This document shows positions 59,260 to 64,000 of a stretch of 64,000 bases of DNA, piece by piece; position 1 is the stretch's first letter, and each line of letters begins with the position of its first letter. The position numbers and the translations under genes are program-made. The notes under the pieces are model-generated. The model was given only the letters and a program-made list of their open reading frames with translations. It was not told the origin of the DNA and ran no database searches. Source of the stretch: a bacterium. GTDB taxonomy: Bacteria > Zhuqueibacterota > Zhuqueibacteria > Residuimicrobiales > Krinioviventaceae. The stretch lies in NCBI GenBank assembly GCA_963675755.2, contig CAXXMD010000001.1:64001-128000 (forward strand), written 5' to 3'.

Positions 59260-59715
59260 ATGGCCAATCAAGAGGAAAATATAAATCCAAAAAAAAGATT
59301 GCTGTTGGACCGGATTGCCACATTGTTAGAACAATACAAAACCAATGGTCATAAACATAATGTTTCAGTGGTGCTTGAAATATGTGGAAGACAATGTGCA
59401 CAAACCAGTGCTATTCAATTGGCAACTGATAGTGGTGGAAATTTGGAAAAGTTTTTGAAAAATCTGGGGTTGATTATTGGTGAAAAAAATATCGAGAATT
59501 CAGGTGATATTATTACAATACGTTATGATGAATGTTATTGTACTCTGGTTGCAGAGAATCCTGATACACCAGAAATTTTGTGTGAATGTTCCAATGGTTG
59601 GGTGAAAGAAATGTTTGAAACCGTTATCAATAAACCCCTTATAGTTGAAGGAAGGGGCTCTATTTTACGGGGAGATCCGCAATGTGAATTCAAGATTCAC
59701 ATTGAGAATCTGTAA
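59260..59715 (+). CDS. DUF6144/V4R-like Cys-rich protein
   Basis: CGRQC, CYC, CECSNGW, SILRGDPQC. Confidence 0.7.
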   Translation: MANQEENINPKKRLLLDRIATLLEQYKTNGHKHNVSVVLEICGRQCAQTSAIQLATDSGGNLEKFLKNLGLIIGEKNIENSGDIITIRYDECYCTLVAENPDTPEILCECSNGWVKEMFETVINKPLIVEGRGSILRGDPQCEFKIHIENL

Positions 59716-60862
59716 TGGGAAATCCGATAGTAATGGTTGTTCCCTCGTTTACTTTACTGTCCAGTTTAATATATCCATTATGTTCATCTAGAATGTTTTT
59801 GACAATGGGGAGGCCCAAGCCAGTACCTTTACCTTCTGATTTGGTAGTAAAGAATGGATTGAAAATTTTATCTTTAATTTCTTCTGGAATGCCTGAACCT
59901 GTATCTGAAAAAGTAATTTCAAAATAACTATTGTCATTGCTTTTTTGTGTTGTAATGGTGAGTTTGCCACCATTAGACATGGCGTGTGCAGCATTGATTT
60001 GGAGATTACGAATGACCTGTTCTATAAGGTTGCGATCTCCGCATACATATTGAGCTTCATCAGCCAGTTGGAGTTCAACCTGAATATATTTTAACACACC
60101 ACTCATGATCAATGTGTCTGTGGTTTGGCTGACAATTTGATTGAGATCAAGCGGTTGGAGTCTGGGTTTTGACGGCTTGCTCAAGGATAACAGGTTTTTA
60201 CCGTGAAGAGCAACTTTTTCCAGATTTGTTAAAATATATTCGTTTATTTCTTTGATCTTGTCCGGTTTGTCATAATTTTCCTGCAGCAATTTAGAATGAA
60301 TCAGCATGCCGCCAACAAGATTGTTCAACTCGTGACCAATGGTTCCAGCAATAATGCCCAGGGTTGCCTGTTTTTCGGTCTGTACCAACTGATTGTGAGC
60401 TTGTTTAAGTTCTGAAATATCTTTATACATGAGGGATACAGCATCTACTTTTTTATTGTCATCAAAAATGGGGGATGCTGAAAGCAGTACATTTTTAGAG
60501 GTACCTGATTTTGTGTAGCGAATTGCTTCGAGACTGCGAATGGATTCACCGTTGAGGACGCGAATTGACAGGTTTTCGGCTTCATCCCGGACACTTTCCT
60601 GTACCACCAGTATATCTATATCTTTACCCAGCACTTCTTCTTCTGTATAACCAAAAATATTTGTAGCACCCATATTCCAGGAAGTGATCTTTTTATCCGG
60701 ATTGATTGATATAATTGCATCGGCTGCAAACTCTACAATTGATCTATAACGTTGTTCTGACTCGCGAAGATCATTTATCATTTCCCAAACCAGTTTTTCC
60801 AAAGTACCGGAAATTGCTTTGATCTGGGATGCGTATTTTATTGCTTTTTCTTTCTTTTTCAT
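59690..60862 (-). CDS. PAS domain NtrB-type histidine kinase
   Basis: PAS; HELNN; DTGSG; PFFTTK; GTGLGL. Confidence 0.92.
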   Translation of the reverse strand: MKKKEKAIKYASQIKAISGTLEKLVWEMINDLRESEQRYRSIVEFAADAIISINPDKKITSWNMGATNIFGYTEEEVLGKDIDILVVQESVRDEAENLSIRVLNGESIRSLEAIRYTKSGTSKNVLLSASPIFDDNKKVDAVSLMYKDISELKQAHNQLVQTEKQATLGIIAGTIGHELNNLVGGMLIHSKLLQENYDKPDKIKEINEYILTNLEKVALHGKNLLSLSKPSKPRLQPLDLNQIVSQTTDTLIMSGVLKYIQVELQLADEAQYVCGDRNLIEQVIRNLQINAAHAMSNGGKLTITTQKSNDNSYFEITFSDTGSGIPEEIKDKIFNPFFTTKSEGKGTGLGLPIVKNILDEHNGYIKLDSKVNEGTTITIGFPITDSQCES

Positions 60863-60931
60863 ATTTCTTTCTTGTAATTAATAGAGTTTATAATTTAATG
60901 ATTTTTATAATTAAATCAAACAATCAACTTT

Positions 60932-60968
60932 TGTACCTGATTATCCATTAATTGTACCCTGAGGTACA
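60932..60968. promoter_or_regulatory. Tandem candidate enhancer (UAS) sites TGT-N10-(A/C)CA
   Basis: TGTACC-CTGA-GGTACA palindrome at 60953-60968 and an imperfect copy at 60932-60947. Confidence 0.55.
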
Positions 60969-61043
60969 TTTTGTGGATTGTCTTAATTATTGTTTTTGAA
61001 GTAACTTGTTGTTTTGGTTGCACTTGTGATGGTTTTATGGCTT

Positions 61044-61060
61044 TTGGCACCGCTGTTGCT
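61044..61060 (+). promoter_or_regulatory. sigma54 promoter TTGGCACCGCTGTTGCT
   Basis: Near-consensus -24/-12; IHF-like site at 61002-61014. Confidence 0.8.
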
Positions 61061-61098
61061 TGTTTTGTAGTAGAAATCAAAACAAAGGAGATAGAGTC

Positions 61099-61410
61099 AT
61101 GAAAAAGATGAATGTAATATTAATGATAACCATGTTTATATTGGGAATGGGGTTGGTTTCGGCATCGACAGCAGCAGTTGTATATGTACGTAAGGCACCT
61201 CCGGCACGTAAAACAGTTGTCGTTAAGCCTGCAAGACCTCACCATGATTCTGTTTGGGTTAGTGGACATTGGGGATGGAGAAATGGTGTGCATATATGGG
61301 TTGATGGTAAATGGATCAGCTCAAAGAAAGGTCATGTTTGGATTGATGGGCATTGGAAGAAAACCGCAAAAGGGTGGATCTGGGTTGACGGTCATTGGAA
61401 AAAAAGATAA
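61099..61410 (+). CDS. Secreted YXWGXW/WXXGXW repeat protein
   Basis: Signal peptide; APPA; four W(V/I)xG(H/K)W repeats; AGGAG RBS. Confidence 0.88.
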   Translation: MKKMNVILMITMFILGMGLVSASTAAVVYVRKAPPARKTVVVKPARPHHDSVWVSGHWGWRNGVHIWVDGKWISSKKGHVWIDGHWKKTAKGWIWVDGHWKKR

Positions 61411-61418
61411 TAGTTATT

Positions 61419-61451
61419 AAAAAAAGCCGCAGTTGCAATGCGGCTTTTTTT
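61419..61451. terminator. Bidirectional terminator
   Basis: A7-GCCGCA...TGCGGC-T7. Confidence 0.85.
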
Positions 61452-61455
61452 ATGT

Positions 61456-62436
61456 TTATGAATCCAGCGCCTGCCATCCTAAAAATGAAGCGCCCAGAAT
61501 GGCAGAATCATCTTTAAGTTCAGCGGCAACAATTCGAACATTTCGTGAGGCAATATCAAAAGCATTTTCCTGGGCCACCTTGCGAACATGTTTAACATAG
61601 TTTTCGCCAAAGGCCTCAACAATACCACCACCCAAAACGACAACTTCGGGATTGAAAATATTTAATAATGATCCAGTTGCTAAGCCAATATAGTGTGAAG
61701 ATCTGTCAAGAGCTTCTCTGACTACGGGATCATTTTCTGAATAGCTTTTAAATAGAGCGCTACTGCGGATTTTTTCTTTTCTTCTGGGTAAGAATTCAAA
61801 TATTGAGGATTCACGTCCGTTAATTTCTTCAATTCTAATATATTTTTCAATTGCTGTACGGCTTGCAAATGCTTCCAGACAACCTCTGTTACCACAACCA
61901 CATATTGGTCCATTGGGATCCATGATCATGTGCCCCAGTTCGCCGGCATTTTCATTGAATCCATGTAAAAGATTACCATTGATGATAACGCCACCGCCAA
62001 TACCAGTACCTACAAACAATCCTACCATATGTTTAGCGCCATGACCCGCGCCGTATGCATATTCACCAAGCAAACCAACATTGCCATCATTGTCAATTTT
62101 TACAGGTTTTTTTAATGTTTTTTCCAAACGGGATTTTAGCGGTGCGTCTTTCCAGCCCAGGTTTGGGGTTTCAATTACTTTTCCCTCAGTTAAATCCAGT
62201 GGGCCAGGTGAGCCGAGACCAATGGCTCCAATTTGAGACAGGGAAAGTCCTGCATTTTTGATTGCTTCCATTACGCAGTCGAAAATTCTGTCTACAACGG
62301 TGTTGAATCCTAATTCCCCTTTGGTTCTTGTTTTGGCGGTACTGTAGATTTTTCCTTTTTTGTCAATTACTGCAGAGAAAATTTTAGTAGCACCCAGATC
62401 TACTCCTACAACATATTTGTACTTTTTTGCATCCAT
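61456..62436 (-). CDS. ROK-family sugar kinase (glucokinase-like)
   Basis: GVDLGATK, DNDGN, GTGIGGG, GELGH, CGCGNRGCLE; no HTH. Confidence 0.92.
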   Translation of the reverse strand: MDAKKYKYVVGVDLGATKIFSAVIDKKGKIYSTAKTRTKGELGFNTVVDRIFDCVMEAIKNAGLSLSQIGAIGLGSPGPLDLTEGKVIETPNLGWKDAPLKSRLEKTLKKPVKIDNDGNVGLLGEYAYGAGHGAKHMVGLFVGTGIGGGVIINGNLLHGFNENAGELGHMIMDPNGPICGCGNRGCLEAFASRTAIEKYIRIEEINGRESSIFEFLPRRKEKIRSSALFKSYSENDPVVREALDRSSHYIGLATGSLLNIFNPEVVVLGGGIVEAFGENYVKHVRKVAQENAFDIASRNVRIVAAELKDDSAILGASFLGWQALDS

Positions 62437-62620
62437 ACATCTGTCCCTGTGTTGTTATCAAGTGACTTAATATAATAAATAAACTCAATATACTCAAACA
62501 TTTAATATTGAAAAACCGAATGTGCAGAAAAGTATATCCTTATATTCGGCCAAGTTCACGTAAATTTTATAAAAAAACGACCTAAAAGACTAAAAAAAAT
62601 GAATTAAATAATGATTTTAC

Positions 62621-62683
62621 TTGACATTAGTTTTTTTATAAACTATCTTAAACTGAAGTGGTGACTTTAGGTGATTATAGGCA
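62621..62683 (+). promoter_or_regulatory. dcw promoter (TTGACA-17-TATCTT) with probable MraZ boxes
   Basis: -35 at 62621, -10 at 62644; GTGGTG/TAGGTG/TAGGCA at 10-bp period (62658, 62668, 62678). Confidence 0.7.
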
Positions 62684-62724
62684 TTTTGGCGCTATTTTAG
62701 GCCAAAAATTAAGCAAGAGTGGCA

Positions 62725-63171
62725 ATGGCTGGTTTAATTGGAAAATATTCTGTTTCATTGGATCCGAAAGGCAGGTTGGCAATCCCGTCCAAGCATCGTA
62801 GTGCCTTTCCGGAATCGCAACGAGACAAGATTGTTGTCACTCGAGGGCTGCATAATTGTGTTACGGGATATTATCAGGAACGATGGGACGAGTTGATTGA
62901 AAATATTGAATCTGCTGATAGAACTTATGCTGAAAAACTTGCTATGCGCCGTGCGTTTGTTGGAAGTTCAGTTGAAACTGCATTTGATAAACAGGGTCGT
63001 ATTACGCTGCCATCACATTTGATCGAGTTTGCTGGTATGCAGGATTGTACAGAGGTTGTTGTGATGGGGTGTACCAATTATCTAGAAATCTGGAATCCCA
63101 AGGTCTTTGAAGAATATGAAGAGCAGAATGAGCAGCTATTGCATAAAGTTTTGAATGAAATAAATATGTAA
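62725..63171 (+). CDS. mraZ: Division/cell wall cluster repressor MraZ
   Basis: LDPKGRLAIP and DKQGRITLP motifs, LEIW; upstream of rsmH. Confidence 0.95.
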   Translation: MAGLIGKYSVSLDPKGRLAIPSKHRSAFPESQRDKIVVTRGLHNCVTGYYQERWDELIENIESADRTYAEKLAMRRAFVGSSVETAFDKQGRITLPSHLIEFAGMQDCTEVVVMGCTNYLEIWNPKVFEEYEEQNEQLLHKVLNEINM

Positions 63172-63184
63172 ATGATGTGATGTG

Positions 63185-64000
63185 ATGGTTGAATATCATA
63201 TACCGGTACTTGTAGATAAAGTTGTTGAGGCGCTTGATGTAGGTAGTGCTGAAATAATTGTTGATGCCACATTGGGTGATGCCGGATATTTTTTGAAAAT
63301 TATAGAAAAGATGCCCGAGGCGGGCAAAGTGATCGGGTTTGATCAGGATATTGAAGCTATAAATAGAGTAAAAGCCCGGTTAGGTTCTTTGATAGACAGG
63401 TTGATGATTGTACAGGACAATTTTAGGAATATTGCTCCTGCGCTAAATATGCTTAATGTTGGCAAGGTGGATGGTGTGGTTGCAGATTTGGGCGTTTCCC
63501 GGTTGCAGATTAGTGATCCTGAACGTGGATTTATGTATATGGCTTCCGGTCCCTTAAAGATGACTATGAATCCTGATGCGGGTTTGGATGCTGAGCAGGT
63601 AGTGAATACTTTTGAATTAAGAGAGCTCACCCGGATTTTTAGAGAGTATGGCGAAGAGCGGGAAGCGTTTCGCATTGCAAAAGCAATTATTAGGCATCGT
63701 GAAGGCAAAGTGATTAGGACTACTGATGAGTTGCGGAGCGTTATTCAGCGAGTTGTTGGTAGAAAGTATGAGATAAAATCATTTGCGAGGATTTTTCAGG
63801 CAATCCGTATTTATGTGAATGATGAATTGGCAAGTTTGAACGAGTTTCTTCCTGCTGCAACGGATTCGTTAAAAAGCGGTGGAAGGTTGGTTATTGTCAG
63901 CTATCACAGTCTTGAGGATCGAATTGTGAAGCAGTTTATTCGTAAACAAGCTGATCCTTGCGAGTGCCCTAAAGAATTGCCGCATTGTGTTTGTGGCAAA
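63185..64000 (+). CDS. rsmH: 16S rRNA m4C1402 methyltransferase, 5' part (runs off window)
   Basis: Manual translation: MVEYHIPVL, DATLG, DQD, ADLGVS, YGEE, FQAIRIYVNDEL, SYHSLEDRIVK. Confidence 0.95.
   Translation, partial: MVEYHIPVLVDKVVEALDVGSAEIIVDATLGDAGYFLKIIEKMPEAGKVIGFDQDIEAINRVKARLGSLIDRLMIVQDNFRNIAPALNMLNVGKVDGVVADLGVSRLQISDPERGFMYMASGPLKMTMNPDAGLDAEQVVNTFELRELTRIFREYGEEREAFRIAKAIIRHREGKVIRTTDELRSVIQRVVGRKYEIKSFARIFQAIRIYVNDELASLNEFLPAATDSLKSGGRLVIVSYHSLEDRIVKQFIRKQADPCECPKELPHCVCGK

Noticed and set aside
59690-59715. 26-bp convergent gene overlap
   Set aside because: Short 3' overlaps are common and imply no special mechanism
61456-62436. ROK kinase as NanK of the nan pathway
   Set aside because: It is 57 kb from the nan operon, has no nan operator upstream and sits beside mraZ; a general glucokinase is more likely
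63260-63295. RsmH SAM-binding loop reads LGDAGYF instead of GGGGHS
   Set aside because: Tyr variants occur in normal RsmH proteins and the other motifs are intact

Overview
AT-rich chromosomal window from a polysaccharide-degrading bacterium. The lineage is probably FCB-group (KSB1 or Calditrichota-like), inferred from three NYPNPFN-type C-terminal sorting domains, Shine-Dalgarno RBSs and canonical sigma70 promoters. In order it contains: a sialic-acid operon (GntR, NanM-SiaT fusion, NanA, sialidase); a sulfatase; two DUF4091/GH123-like hydrolases; a HisKA_2 kinase pair; an M48-GspG-like fusion; a 1240-aa secreted protein with five unrecognised 162-aa repeats; a Cys-rich peptide gene between two paralogous lipoproteins next to nfo; a DUF4353 protein; tnaA plus Mut7-C; a GH29 fucosidase; a LamG/cohesin/dockerin protein; uxaA; redox genes; a pectin (GH28/GH35) operon; pabB-C; amn; a ROK kinase; and the start of the dcw cluster (mraZ, rsmH). 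No rRNA, tRNA, CRISPR array or transposase was recognised. The strongest candidates for new biology are: (1) a 1.55-kb peptide+lipoprotein cassette bounded by a 20-bp duplication of the nfo 3' end, with the peptide gene bracketed by a 10-bp inverted repeat; (2) a shared GntR-type operator tying the DUF4091 enzymes to the nan regulon; (3) the 162-aa repeat domain; (4) three sigma54 promoters, each upstream of a repeat-rich secreted protein. All family calls are from motif recognition by eye, not database searches.
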